DNA from: Promethearchaeota archaeon Loki_b31
GTDB lineage: Archaea; Asgardarchaeota; Lokiarchaeia; Sigyniarchaeales; SOKP01
Assembly: GCA_005222975.1 (NCBI GenBank)
Contig: NJBI01000025.1
Location: forward strand, 1-47,319
Reading direction: 5' to 3'
Length of the DNA: 47,319 nucleotides
A program made the translations under genes and the position numbers. Under the pieces are notes generated by a model, which saw nothing but the letters and a program-made list of their open reading frames with translations, made no database searches and was not told the origin of the DNA. Positions 8,478 through 18,725 of this stretch are shown here, in pieces. The first letter of the stretch is position 1; the number at the start of each line of letters is the position of its first letter.

Positions 8478-9563
8478 TTAATCAGGAATATTTATAGGGT
8501 AAGTCCCGTATTTTCTCTTAATATTTTGCATAGCTTCAAATCTATCAACCGTAACTGCTGGGTTTATGCTATGTCCTGAACTAAAGATATATCCACCACC
8601 CGGTGCTAATTCTCGTATTAATTTTTTGGCGTAATCTTCAATTTCAGAAATCTCTCCCATTGCTAGCATGATAGGACTTAAATTGCCAACGAAGGTAATC
8701 TTATCGCCATACTTTTCGTTTAATTTAAATATATCGTAATCTGGGTTAGCAGTAGTAGATTCGATGGGATTGAGCGCATCAACTCCGCATTTTATAATGT
8801 CCTCAAAAATTTCCATTAAATCTCCATCTGAGTGTAATAATATTTTACAATCACGCTTATGAGCAGCATCGCATATCCGACTTATCCATGGAAATATATA
8901 TTTTCGGTATAAACGGGGGCTCATGAATAAGCCATTTTTAAATCCGTAATCATCCCAAAGTAACACGATTTGCGCATCGTTTTCAGCCAAGATTTTTACT
9001 ACCTCGAGCGTAAACGATCCTCGGTCGTCGAATATTCTTTTGATTTGCTTATCGTGCCCCAGTATTCTTGAAAAGGTTTCAATTCCAAAACCCTCCCAAG
9101 TACATTCCATAAGTGATCCTGTAGATGGAATAGAAAAAACTACATCGTTCATTTCTTTTTGAATTTTTCTTCCACTTTGAAATTGTACTAATCTCGATTT
9201 CAAGTTTGGATCTGGCTGTTCCCAACTTTCATAATCTTCAAAACTTTTAAAATGACCCCCGTGATAAGCGAGGATTTGAGTACCATCTTCATACTGTTCA
9301 AATCTCATTATTCGGCCGTATTCATCGATAAAACCTTTTCCCCCTTTAAGAAACGTTCGAGGGAAAAGACTCACGATGCTAAGGACTAAATCTATGCCAG
9401 CTTTATAGGAAAATTCATAGGAACCTTTGTATCCACCAGTTTTTCTTGGATCAATTCCATAATATTTTATGATTGTGTTATTTGTAAACGCACTTTCAAA
9501 AGCGGGAACCCTATCTGGTTCTTCGTGCTCGATTGTTTTTAGTATTCTTTCTGGAGCGTTCAT
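8478..9563 (-). CDS. Uroporphyrinogen decarboxylase-like (URO-D/MtaA/CmuA superfamily) protein
   Basis: EEPDRVP, DEYGR, WDDYG, LHSDGD, GGYIFSSGHSI. Confidence 0.88.
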   Translation of the reverse strand: MNAPERILKTIEHEEPDRVPAFESAFTNNTIIKYYGIDPRKTGGYKGSYEFSYKAGIDLVLSIVSLFPRTFLKGGKGFIDEYGRIMRFEQYEDGTQILAYHGGHFKSFEDYESWEQPDPNLKSRLVQFQSGRKIQKEMNDVVFSIPSTGSLMECTWEGFGIETFSRILGHDKQIKRIFDDRGSFTLEVVKILAENDAQIVLLWDDYGFKNGLFMSPRLYRKYIFPWISRICDAAHKRDCKILLHSDGDLMEIFEDIIKCGVDALNPIESTTANPDYDIFKLNEKYGDKITFVGNLSPIMLAMGEISEIEDYAKKLIRELAPGGGYIFSSGHSINPAVTVDRFEAMQNIKRKYGTYPINIPD

Positions 9564-9671
9564 TTTATCTTAAGTTAATAACATTTTATTAAAATCTTTT
9601 ATTAATTATTCATAATCTTTTAAATATATAAATTTTTAATTTTACAAGTTTGTAATAGAATTGATTTTGAA

Positions 9672-10271
9672 TTGAACGAGTTAAGAAGGTTAACAAGGGA
9701 ATTTTTTTCGAGAGATACGGTGTTAGTGGGCAAGGACCTCTTAGGAAAATATATCGTAAGAAAAACAGCGAAAGGAAGAATGATTGGAAAGGTAATTGAG
9801 GTAGAAGCCTATTTAGGCCCAAAGGATAAAGCGTGTCACTGTTATAATTATAAAAAAACTGAGAAAACAAAAATAATGTATATGAAACCCGGTACTCTTT
9901 ACGTTTATTATATCTATGGCACCTATTTCTGCCTTAATGTTATCACTGAACCAGAGGGGTTTCCGTGTTCTATATTCATAAGAAATTTGTATCCAATTGA
10001 TGGAATTGAATTAATGAAAGATAATCGGAATGTTAAAGTTGGTAAGAATTATAAAAATTTAGCGGATGGTCCAAGCAAGCTTTGTATGGCTATGAAAATA
10101 ACTAAGGAGAAGTTTAATGGCAAAGATTCTTGCGCTGAAAACTCAGTACTCTTTTTTACCGAAGGAGAGAAGATCGATGATAAACAAATCTTATTGGGAA
10201 AAAGAATTGGAATTGATTATGCTGAAGAAGATAAAGATAGACTTTTGCGTTTTATTTTGAATGAGGAGTAA
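9672..10271 (+). CDS. mpg: DNA-3-methyladenine glycosylase (MPG/AAG family)
   Basis: IEVEAYLG..DKACH, YVYYIYG.YFCLNV, DGPSKLC, KRIGI. Confidence 0.93.
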   Translation: MNELRRLTREFFSRDTVLVGKDLLGKYIVRKTAKGRMIGKVIEVEAYLGPKDKACHCYNYKKTEKTKIMYMKPGTLYVYYIYGTYFCLNVITEPEGFPCSIFIRNLYPIDGIELMKDNRNVKVGKNYKNLADGPSKLCMAMKITKEKFNGKDSCAENSVLFFTEGEKIDDKQILLGKRIGIDYAEEDKDRLLRFILNEE

Positions 10272-10387
10272 TAATTACAAACATGCTTAAATTTATATAC
10301 GATTTATTTGACTTTTTATTTAGAGTTAAGGTTTGTTTGACCTCAATTTTAGTAAATAATTAGGAAAAGTCAATTAGGTTGATTTAA

Positions 10388-10831
10388 GTGGTAAAAGATG
10401 CTTTAAAATTTTTTCACGCATATGTAAACGAGATGATTGAAGTTGGCGGAGAAAACCTCCCACGGGCCGTTAGCACAAAATTGGGAGCAAAATTAGCCGC
10501 TTTATACAAAGAAAAAGGTATTAACAATTTAACAACTGCTTTAGAAACTGCTTATAAAGCGTTAGGTGCCTCAACTTCAATTAAAAAAATAGATGAGAAC
10601 ACATATCTTATTCAATTAAAACATTCTAAGAAATTTTGTCCAATTGGCGGAAAAAGGAACCCAACAAGCGCAAAAACTATTCAAGATAGCATATGTTTTC
10701 CTTATACGAGGAGTTTTCTGACGAGTCTTTTTCCTGAGTTTCAATTTGAGACTGAAATTAAGGAGTGTATTGTTGATAATAGTAATTCTCACTGTAAATA
10801 TAAGCTGAAAGTAAAGAAGAGATCGTATTAA
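10388..10831 (+). CDS. V4R / methanogen-output-domain-like protein
   Basis: LGAKLA helix, FCPIGG, IC.PY, EC.V...C.Y pattern typical of V4R-like Cys-ligand domains. Confidence 0.6.
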   Translation: MVKDALKFFHAYVNEMIEVGGENLPRAVSTKLGAKLAALYKEKGINNLTTALETAYKALGASTSIKKIDENTYLIQLKHSKKFCPIGGKRNPTSAKTIQDSICFPYTRSFLTSLFPEFQFETEIKECIVDNSNSHCKYKLKVKKRSY

Positions 10832-10868
10832 TCTTAGGAAATGTTTTTTAGGAAGGAATAGAATAAAA

Positions 10869-11172
10869 GACCTGAACCTCGATTCCAATCCTGCTACTAT
10901 GACCAGATAATATGCTCCTCCACGACCTTACCATAAAGCGTGAACGCCTAAACTTACGATTGCTCCATCCCTGGCCTGATCGGGTTTGTTACTACGAGCT
11001 CGAGCCTTTCCTACAAAAGGCGCTACTCTGGCACCCACCATCATGGGGATACGCTTCGTCGGGACATAAAATTGGATAATAATTCTCATGAAACCTGAAT
11101 CCAGGCAATTTCCACTAATGAGGATTTTGCGGTCCGTCCAACAAAGGGACTTCAGACTACCCCAAACAGTCC
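10869..11172 (-). ncRNA. ffs: Signal recognition particle RNA (7S RNA)
   Basis: Minus strand has helix 8 CGAT-CAGG-CCA-GGGA-TGG-AGCA-ATCG (10982-10957), helix 6 GCCTTTT-GTAG-GAAAGGC with a GNAR loop, and long helix-5 pairing (GCCTGGAT.. with ..GTTCAGGT). About 304 nt, with a TATA-like TTTTTATT about 25 nt upstream and a T-run downstream. Confidence 0.92.
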
Positions 11173-11215
11173 ATACAAATAAAATGAATGGAAAAATAAA
11201 AATTTATTGATGCAT

Positions 11216-11377
11216 TTATTTTTCTAAGATTAACTCTTTATTTATTTTTCTCTTTAATATCGATAAAAATTCGCTCGTATCAGGAAAAACATAAGTTATA
11301 TATTTACCATCGTCGTCAACAGTTACTTCTTTGAAAAATTTTCCTTCTACTTTAACTTTCATGTCATTCAATATCAT
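11216..11377 (-). CDS. Possible 53-aa small protein upstream of the SRP RNA
   Basis: ATG-initiated ORF MILNDMKVKVEGKFFKEVTVDDDGKYITYVFPDTSEFLSILKRKINKELILEK* with protein-like composition; below the ORF-track cutoff. Confidence 0.4.
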   Translation of the reverse strand: MILNDMKVKVEGKFFKEVTVDDDGKYITYVFPDTSEFLSILKRKINKELILEK

Positions 11378-11486
11378 AAGTAAAATAAATTGAAAAAGGA
11401 TTCAAAAAATCACATAACATGGAAATAATATTTTATCAAACTTTTTGTAAAATCGTAAATAAGATAGCTTAAATTTAGTTAAATAA

Positions 11487-12344
11487 GTGTTAATAAAAGT
11501 TTTTAAAAAACAATTGATGATTAATATGTCTGGGAACATATTTATAGCTATATTCATAGTTTGTGTCACCACATTTGGCATTGCTATGATAGTGGTTTAT
11601 ATAACTAAGTACAAAAGACTTCCCATCGATGTTTGGAAACCAGGTGCAGCTTGGATTCGAGCTTTAATCTATTTTTCTTTTTGCAATATTGTTACGGCTG
11701 TTTCTGGCACGCTTGAACAGATACTAAACCAGCCCATATTCACTACGGCGCAAATTTCAAACCCCTTTTGGATAGCCTACTTTTCTTTCTGTGTTATTTA
11801 TGTTTTCATTGCATATTGGATTCTATGGTCTCGCATGACGCTCACTTTCAACCGTAAATACCATCTCGGTTTTGAGATCGTGTTTGGTGTTATATGGGGT
11901 TTCAGCACTGGAGGTCTGCTTCTTTCGTTTTATCACCTTTGGAGTCTAACCGTCGTACCTGGTTGGGCTAATTACCTACTTGGTTTCGCCTCCATGGGTT
12001 TATGGCAATATTTCATTCAAAATTACTTCTGGGACATCTATGTTAGCCCAGAGCACGACACTCCAAGGTCGATTATCGTCAAAACTGCCGTTTGTCACAT
12101 ACCCAATGTGGTTATTTGTTTGGGTTTTCTCACTATTTGGAACAACTATGCCATATACATCGCGATTCAAACGTTTGCTTTGCTCGCATCGACCATTTTT
12201 CAAAAGTTCCCCGCTCCTTGGGCTAAAGGTCACTTCCACGCTCCTATGGTCAAACCTGGAATTGGTAGTTATCCACGCGGTACAGGATATATAGGCGAAA
12301 TCGACAAAACCACTGGTAAACTGGTTGAATCCAATCCCACTTAG
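11487..12344 (+). CDS. Uncharacterised multipass membrane protein (true start probably a downstream ATG)
   Basis: About 7 hydrophobic segments, conserved-looking WDIYVSPEHD motif, GC-richer than neighbours. Confidence 0.75.
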   Translation: MLIKVFKKQLMINMSGNIFIAIFIVCVTTFGIAMIVVYITKYKRLPIDVWKPGAAWIRALIYFSFCNIVTAVSGTLEQILNQPIFTTAQISNPFWIAYFSFCVIYVFIAYWILWSRMTLTFNRKYHLGFEIVFGVIWGFSTGGLLLSFYHLWSLTVVPGWANYLLGFASMGLWQYFIQNYFWDIYVSPEHDTPRSIIVKTAVCHIPNVVICLGFLTIWNNYAIYIAIQTFALLASTIFQKFPAPWAKGHFHAPMVKPGIGSYPRGTGYIGEIDKTTGKLVESNPT

Positions 12345-12484
12345 GTTTTCACTTCTCACATCATGGCGTTTAGACCAAACACAGTGACTAATCCTATTAT
12401 GATAAAATGTCTTTTGTTTAGAGCTAAATTTTTAGCTTTTTAAGTATGAACTTGACTGGCTCTGTTGCTTTCTTTCATTACTTT

Positions 12485-13369
12485 CTAATTGCCATTCTTG
12501 TTGCTATTCACAACTAATGCGTTTACAATATGAGGTATGGCTTCACGAGGGAAACTATGCCCCATTCCATCCAAAATCAATAATTCTGCTCCGGGTATTG
12601 CTGTTGCGATGTCTTTGCCCGCTTCAACATGGTTAAGTGGATCTTCCCTCCCATGAATAACAAGCGTAGGCGCTCTTATTGCAGCAAGTTTGGGTTTTAG
12701 ATTACCGGGAACAGCCATTGCTGCTAATTGGCGAGTTATCCCTTCGGGATAATAACTACGATCGTACTCTTTTGCTCTATACTCTCTTGATTGATCCTCA
12801 TCATAGGCAAAAGTGCCGTGAATGAGACGACCGCGCTTGACCATTTCTTCAATAAATCCCTCGCGTTCGGAAGGAACGGGTGCAAAGAATTGCGCCAAGA
12901 TTTCTGGCTTCGGTTGCGGTAGATCGGGGTTTCCAGTCGTGCTCATGATTAATGTGAGAGATAGCACCCGAGATGGATGTCTATATGTTAGAACCTGTGC
13001 GATCATTCCACCCATGGAAGCACCGCAGACATGTGCTTTATCTATATTCAGAGCGTCCAAGACACCAACGGCATCACCAGCCATGTCCTCTAAAGTGTAT
13101 GGTACTTCGGGTATTTCTCCACGAGAATAGGCCGCATTAATCTCCAAAAAGTTCGGCAAACCGGCATCTCCAAATTTTGTTGACAAACCTATATCTCGGT
13201 TGTCGAATCTGATGACAAAAAAGCCACGATTTGCAAGACTTTCGCACATCTCATCCGACCAAGCAAGCATCTGGCTTCCCAGTCCCGCTATCAATAACAA
13301 CGGTTTTGAAATCGGGTCCCCGATTGTCTCATATTCAATCTCTGTATTATTTACAATCGCTTTTGGCAT
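12485..13369 (-). CDS. Alpha/beta hydrolase (esterase-like)
   Basis: RFDNRDIGLS, nucleophile elbow GASMGG, HGREDPL, GMGH. Confidence 0.93.
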   Translation of the reverse strand: MPKAIVNNTEIEYETIGDPISKPLLLIAGLGSQMLAWSDEMCESLANRGFFVIRFDNRDIGLSTKFGDAGLPNFLEINAAYSRGEIPEVPYTLEDMAGDAVGVLDALNIDKAHVCGASMGGMIAQVLTYRHPSRVLSLTLIMSTTGNPDLPQPKPEILAQFFAPVPSEREGFIEEMVKRGRLIHGTFAYDEDQSREYRAKEYDRSYYPEGITRQLAAMAVPGNLKPKLAAIRAPTLVIHGREDPLNHVEAGKDIATAIPGAELLILDGMGHSFPREAIPHIVNALVVNSNKNGN

Positions 13370-13523
13370 TGTAGATCTTCCTCAGTTTTATCATTAATCA
13401 ACTTAAATATGAAATGTAATTAATGATTAAAAAATATAAACTTTATGTAAAACCAAAAATAAGCTAGAATATAGTTCAATTATCATAAAATAATGAAATA
13501 TGAGTAAATTTTAATGGATTACT

Positions 13524-14627
13524 ATGTCTGAAAATATTATATATCTCGACGCAAAAACACTTGAAAGTTTCATGAGAGATGTTTTTATTGGGCTTGGGGT
13601 TCCTAAAGACGATGCCCACATTATAGCTGAAGTATTAATTGCTTCTGATATTAGAGGAATTGATACCCATGGAATACAACGTTGTAAAATGTATTTCGAT
13701 CGTATCAAAGCTGGAATGTACGAAGTAATTACAAAGATTGACATCGTTAAGGATGGACCTACTACGGCTCTTTGGGACGGAAATTGCGGAATGGGTCACG
13801 TTATTGCTTATAAGGCGATGAAAACTGCGATTGAAAAAGCGAAAAAGTATGGGCTTGGTTCTGTTGCTGTTCGAAATTCGACCCACTTTGGAATTGCGGG
13901 TTACTATTCCCTCATGGCTACAAAGGAAGGGATGATTGGCTTCGCAGTTACTAACGCTCGACCCTCAATGCCCCCTACTTTTGGAGTTGAGCCAATGTTA
14001 GGAACAAATCCGTTAACAGTAGGCGCTCCAACAGACGAAGAGTTCCCCTTTTTAATTGACTGTGCCACTACAATCGTTCAAAGGGGTAAGGTAGAATTAT
14101 ATAATAGAATAAATAAACCTTTACCAGATGGGGTGGTAATAACAGACGATGGTAAAACAGAAACTGATCCTGCTAAAATATTAGAAGGTATGAGTAAAGG
14201 GAAAGCTGCGTTATTACCCTTAGGTGGCAAAGGAGAAGGTACTTCAGGTTATAAAGGTTATGGTTATGCAACCTTAGTTGAAATATTATCTGCGGCTTTA
14301 CAAGATGGAATATATCTTAAAGATACGATAGGTATCGTTGAAAACGGCCAAAAACGCTTAAAAGTGGGACATTTCTTTCTAGCAATTAATATTGAAAGCT
14401 TCTTATCAATTGGTTCTTTTAAAAAAACAGCCGGAAATATCATGAAGGGATTGAGAGAGTCAAAAAAGGCTCCAGGCGAGGAAAAGATTTACACGGCGGG
14501 AGAGAAGGAATTTATTGCCGAACAAGAAAGATTAAAAACGGGAATTCCGATTAACAAAAGTTTACAAGAAGATATCAAAATTATGCGAAAGGAACTTCAT
14601 CTGGATAAATATGAATTTAATTTTTAA
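13524..14627 (+). CDS. Ldh_2 family (malate/L-lactate/sulfolactate dehydrogenase-like) oxidoreductase, copy 1
   Basis: RGIDTHG, RNSTHFGIAGYY, GTNP, GYKGYG, YTAGEKE. Confidence 0.92.
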   Translation: MSENIIYLDAKTLESFMRDVFIGLGVPKDDAHIIAEVLIASDIRGIDTHGIQRCKMYFDRIKAGMYEVITKIDIVKDGPTTALWDGNCGMGHVIAYKAMKTAIEKAKKYGLGSVAVRNSTHFGIAGYYSLMATKEGMIGFAVTNARPSMPPTFGVEPMLGTNPLTVGAPTDEEFPFLIDCATTIVQRGKVELYNRINKPLPDGVVITDDGKTETDPAKILEGMSKGKAALLPLGGKGEGTSGYKGYGYATLVEILSAALQDGIYLKDTIGIVENGQKRLKVGHFFLAINIESFLSIGSFKKTAGNIMKGLRESKKAPGEEKIYTAGEKEFIAEQERLKTGIPINKSLQEDIKIMRKELHLDKYEFNF

Positions 14628-14801
14628 AAAAGTATCCTTTATTTTTCTATAAATTTCTAATACTTTTTCTATAAAATTATCAAAAAAATCTCTAAAAATT
14701 ATTAAAATTAGAGTTACACGAACTTTCAACTTATATTCAATATGATTTTAATTAAATAGAAGGAATTCTAGTAAAATTCTATTGCATTCAAGGTAGTTTA
14801 A

Positions 14802-15935
14802 ATGACAAGTACAAAAAGTGACATAGTACCCTTATCTAGTGATATTATTTACATAGATTTTAAGACTCTCAAGAATTTTATTAGAGATGTATTCATTGGT
14901 CTTAAGGTAAATAAAGTAGATTCTGAAATAATTGCAGATGTATTAATTACATCCGATTTAAGAGGAATAGATTCGCATGGTATTCAGAGATGTAAGATGT
15001 ATTACGATAGGATTAAAAAAGGAATTTATAACACAAAAACTAAGATCAAGATCGTTAGAAAAGGTCCTACGACTGCGGTTATTGATGGTGGATGTGGGTT
15101 AGGACCGATTATAGGTTATAATGCTATGAAATTAGCGATTCAAAAAGCCAAAAAGTATGGACTCGGAGCTGTTGCAGTTAGGAATTCTACGCATTTTGGA
15201 ATTGCGGGATATTACTCTCTTATGGCTATAAAAGAAGGAATGATAGGGATTACAACCACTAACGCTAGACCCGCTGTTCCTCCAACATTTGGTGTAGAAC
15301 CAATGTTAGGTACAAATCCATTGACTGCGGGGGCACCAACAGACGAAAATTTTCCTTTTATGATTGATTGTGCTACCTCAATTATTCAAAGGGGTAAGAT
15401 AGAAGTTTATAATAGAGCGCAAAAACCGCTTCCTGAAGGAGTAATCATAACCAAGAATGGAAGAACGCAAAACGATCCTCAAGAAACATTAAAAAATTTA
15501 GAAGATAGTACTGCAGCTCTTTTACCGCTAGGGGGTGAAGGTGAAAATACATCAGGTTATAAGGGTTTTGGATATGCTACACTTGTAGAAATTTTATCAT
15601 CAGCATTACAAAATGGAGTATTCCTTAAAGATACAGCAGGAGTTATCGAAGAAGACCAAAAACGCTTAAAAGTTGGACATTTCTTTTTAGCAATAAATGT
15701 AAACCACTTTACGCCCTTGAAATTGTTTAAACGAACTACTGGGACAATTATGAGAACTCTTAGAAACTCTAAGAAAGCACCTGGTAAAAATCGAATATAT
15801 ACTGCTGGAGAAAAAGAATATTATTCTGAAAAAGTAAGAAAAAAACAAGGCATTCCAATTAATAAAAGTTTACAAGAAGATATTAAAACAATGCAAGAAG
15901 AACTGGGTTTATTTAGCTATAATTTTTCATTTTAG
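14802..15935 (+). CDS. Ldh_2 family oxidoreductase, copy 2 (tandem paralog)
   Basis: Same motifs; long identical blocks with copy 1 (PPTFGVEPMLGTNPLT; QKRLKVGHFFLAIN; GIPINKSLQEDIK). Confidence 0.92.
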   Translation: MTSTKSDIVPLSSDIIYIDFKTLKNFIRDVFIGLKVNKVDSEIIADVLITSDLRGIDSHGIQRCKMYYDRIKKGIYNTKTKIKIVRKGPTTAVIDGGCGLGPIIGYNAMKLAIQKAKKYGLGAVAVRNSTHFGIAGYYSLMAIKEGMIGITTTNARPAVPPTFGVEPMLGTNPLTAGAPTDENFPFMIDCATSIIQRGKIEVYNRAQKPLPEGVIITKNGRTQNDPQETLKNLEDSTAALLPLGGEGENTSGYKGFGYATLVEILSSALQNGVFLKDTAGVIEEDQKRLKVGHFFLAINVNHFTPLKLFKRTTGTIMRTLRNSKKAPGKNRIYTAGEKEYYSEKVRKKQGIPINKSLQEDIKTMQEELGLFSYNFSF

Positions 15936-15936
15936 A

Positions 15937-17379
15937 TTAAAAAAAAATTCCATCTGTTCGACCTTCTAAAGGTTCAGAATGGATAATAATTTCTGTTAGA
16001 TTTTCAATTTTCAGAGTTTCTTCTATTTGTTGCTCTAAATTTGAAACTATATTATGAACTTTCGAAATGTTTAAGGATCCATCAAAAAAAACATGGAGTT
16101 CGAGTGTACAAAAATCAAGTGCTGCCCAAAATTCTAAACCATGATATCCTTTAACTTCTGGATTACTTTTTAATAAGCTTTCTAAAGTTATCTGGAGTTC
16201 TCTTTTCTTTTGAGGGTCAATAGGAATACAGACTAAGTGATCAGTTACTAATTTTCGTATCATAGCATCTGATTCTATATGAGTAATTATTCGTGATATA
16301 GACGGAACTTGTTCCTTTAGTTGATTTTCAAACATAATACTTAATTCATGAGCTTCTTCTAGTGATAAATTCTCGTCAACGACTATTGCTACAGATAAAA
16401 AGTATTTATTTTTTATTCTGAAAATGTTTAAATTCCTAAAATCTGAAATCTCATTAAATTCACTTTTCATTGAATGAAGCAAGTTAATTATCTCTTCACC
16501 TATTGAAGATTCACTACTTAAAGGATTCATCTCAACTATACATTCTACATTATACGACGAAAAATATTTTTTACTCAATGTATGAATTGCTTTTGTAATT
16601 TGATTTGCATGAACGACAGATATATGATCTTCAACAGATAAGCGAACATCTAAAAATAATGTATTTCCACCAATTCTGACTTTTAATTCTTCAACACCAT
16701 TAACATGATCAAGATTAAAAACCTTTTCTTTGATTTCTTCTATAATAAGATAACTTATGGGGTTTTCATCAATTAAATCTTTAATTCCTTCTTTTGAAAG
16801 CTTAAATGCGGTGAATATTATCCATAAAGAGAGACCAATACTAAAAAATGGGTCTAAAAATTGGATACTGAAAAAGAGAGCTAAAATGAAATTAATCATA
16901 ACTACAATCGCTCTAAGAGAATCTTGGAACAAATTTAGTCCCAGAATTTTAAGTGATAAGCTACTCCGTTTCTTTCCTTGCCACATTAAAATTCTAGAAA
17001 AAGCTAAATTAATAATGAATGAAATAATTAACAGTTGAAACCCTAAATCAGGATTCATAATACCATACGCGTTGGTTAATATTGTTTGAACTGCTAAATA
17101 AATAATAATACAATATAGATTGATCAATATAATTCCTTGAATTAATCCCCCTATTGAATCAATCTTGGAATGCCCGTACATATGTTGGAAATCTGGGGGC
17201 TTTTGACTTATAACCAGAGAATAAATTGTTAGAAAAATAAAAAAAATATCAGTAAGCGTATCAACAGTTTCAGCTAAAAAACTAAGACTTCCCGTTAGGA
17301 TTACCCCTAGTAGTTTTAAACCTGACTGAATTAGGATTATGAAAAAAGTAATAATTCCTAATTTAATTTTTATGTCCAT
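15937..17379 (-). CDS. Cation diffusion facilitator with three tandem C-terminal ZT-dimer-like domains
   Basis: SLSFLAETVDTLTD, PPD..HMYGHSK; three repeats ending ISVVHAN/LSLEEAHE/LNISKVHN...IHSEP. Confidence 0.85.
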   Translation of the reverse strand: MDIKIKLGIITFFIILIQSGLKLLGVILTGSLSFLAETVDTLTDIFFIFLTIYSLVISQKPPDFQHMYGHSKIDSIGGLIQGIILINLYCIIIYLAVQTILTNAYGIMNPDLGFQLLIISFIINLAFSRILMWQGKKRSSLSLKILGLNLFQDSLRAIVVMINFILALFFSIQFLDPFFSIGLSLWIIFTAFKLSKEGIKDLIDENPISYLIIEEIKEKVFNLDHVNGVEELKVRIGGNTLFLDVRLSVEDHISVVHANQITKAIHTLSKKYFSSYNVECIVEMNPLSSESSIGEEIINLLHSMKSEFNEISDFRNLNIFRIKNKYFLSVAIVVDENLSLEEAHELSIMFENQLKEQVPSISRIITHIESDAMIRKLVTDHLVCIPIDPQKKRELQITLESLLKSNPEVKGYHGLEFWAALDFCTLELHVFFDGSLNISKVHNIVSNLEQQIEETLKIENLTEIIIHSEPLEGRTDGIFF

Positions 17380-17495
17380 TTTTTTCCTTTTATTTCTTTA
17401 GAAGTTGATTAAAAAACTTAAAGAAATACTGAGAAATAAATATTTGGCAATTAAATAAAATAAAATGAAATAAAATAGAAATATTTATAATATTT

Positions 17496-18725
17496 TTAGA
17501 GGTGTCTTGGAATTTTAATTTCGAGATCTGTAATTGGGTAGGATGCGCATGGATGGAAATAGTCAAATTTCTTATCCCCAGCTTTTCTCCAATCAGAAAC
17601 GGGACTTATATATACATCACCAGAAATAAGAAGAGAACGACAGAATCCACATTCGCCAGAGCGGCATTTTGATGGTGGATTTAAGTTTGCCCGTTCTAGA
17701 GCAACAAGAACTGATTCGGTTGCCTTTGCTGGTATGTCTTTAATCAAACTTCCAATGTGAGTCTTAATCTTAAATACCTTATCGGCTACATCTTGAGGGA
17801 AGTCTGGATTACTTAGAATATCTTTAATTTCACCAAATGCCTCTCTACGGACGCGCTTATGATGTAAATTGAACTTTTCTAATTCTTTTTCAACAAAATT
17901 ATACATAACTTGTGGTCCACAGATAAAAAATGAACTGTTGTTTACATCGCAATATTTTTCTATAATATCAGAAGTTAAAAAACCCAATTCAGATCCTTCA
18001 ACGGTAACTTCTTCACAACTTAAAACATGCACGACTTTAATTTTATCCGGGTACTTCTTTTCAAGCTCTTTAAATTCGTTGTAATAAATGATATCATCTT
18101 CTTCGCTACTTCCATACAGCAAAGTTAATTTTGCATCTAATTTATCATCAACAATTTCTTTAGCGATGGAACGGAATGGCGTAATTCCTGATCCTCCTGC
18201 GAGACCGACTATCTGTGTTAAATCCCTAAGAGGCTCGTAAAAAAAGAATCCCTCTGGTCCAGAACTTTCAACATTAGTTCCTACTTTCCAACTATCCCAT
18301 ATGTATCCAGTTAAAAATCCGGGTTCTTCTTTTCTAATCGTAATTTCGTAGAAACCTTTTAAAGCATCCGCAGGAGAAGAAGCTATTGAATAAGGTCTTG
18401 TGATTGCAATTCCATTTACTTCAACTTTTAAACTTAAATATTGACCCGCTCTAAAATAAGCCAATTCTTTTGTGTTTGAATCGGGATCGGGTTTGAGCTT
18501 AAATGTTTTAGTGGATTTTGTTTCGTCTTTGATTTCACTGATAACTAAGTATTGTCTTATGGGATGAAGTCGCACAGCAAGTTCATTCATTGGATCCTTT
18601 GTTATTGGCTCACTAGATGCCTTTTCGAACCTCTTTTTTCGGTTTGGGACTAATTTTGTAAACGCAAATAAATCTCTTGTGTTGCTTTTAATAATTATAT
18701 CAAATTTCTTTTTTTCTTCGCTCAT
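17496..18725 (-). CDS. FAD/NAD-binding FNR-type reductase with C-terminal [2Fe-2S] ferredoxin domain
   Basis: FRAGQY, RPYSIAS, AGGSGITPF, ICGPQVM, CRSGECGFC...HPC; ATG overlaps the upstream stop region (coupled). Confidence 0.9.
   Translation of the reverse strand: MSEEKKKFDIIIKSNTRDLFAFTKLVPNRKKRFEKASSEPITKDPMNELAVRLHPIRQYLVISEIKDETKSTKTFKLKPDPDSNTKELAYFRAGQYLSLKVEVNGIAITRPYSIASSPADALKGFYEITIRKEEPGFLTGYIWDSWKVGTNVESSGPEGFFFYEPLRDLTQIVGLAGGSGITPFRSIAKEIVDDKLDAKLTLLYGSSEEDDIIYYNEFKELEKKYPDKIKVVHVLSCEEVTVEGSELGFLTSDIIEKYCDVNNSSFFICGPQVMYNFVEKELEKFNLHHKRVRREAFGEIKDILSNPDFPQDVADKVFKIKTHIGSLIKDIPAKATESVLVALERANLNPPSKCRSGECGFCRSLLISGDVYISPVSDWRKAGDKKFDYFHPCASYPITDLEIKIPRHL

Noticed and set aside
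10869-11172. RNase P RNA as the identity of the GC-rich intergenic block
   Set aside because: No GAGGAAAGUCC-type P4 motif; helix 6 and helix 8 motifs identify SRP RNA
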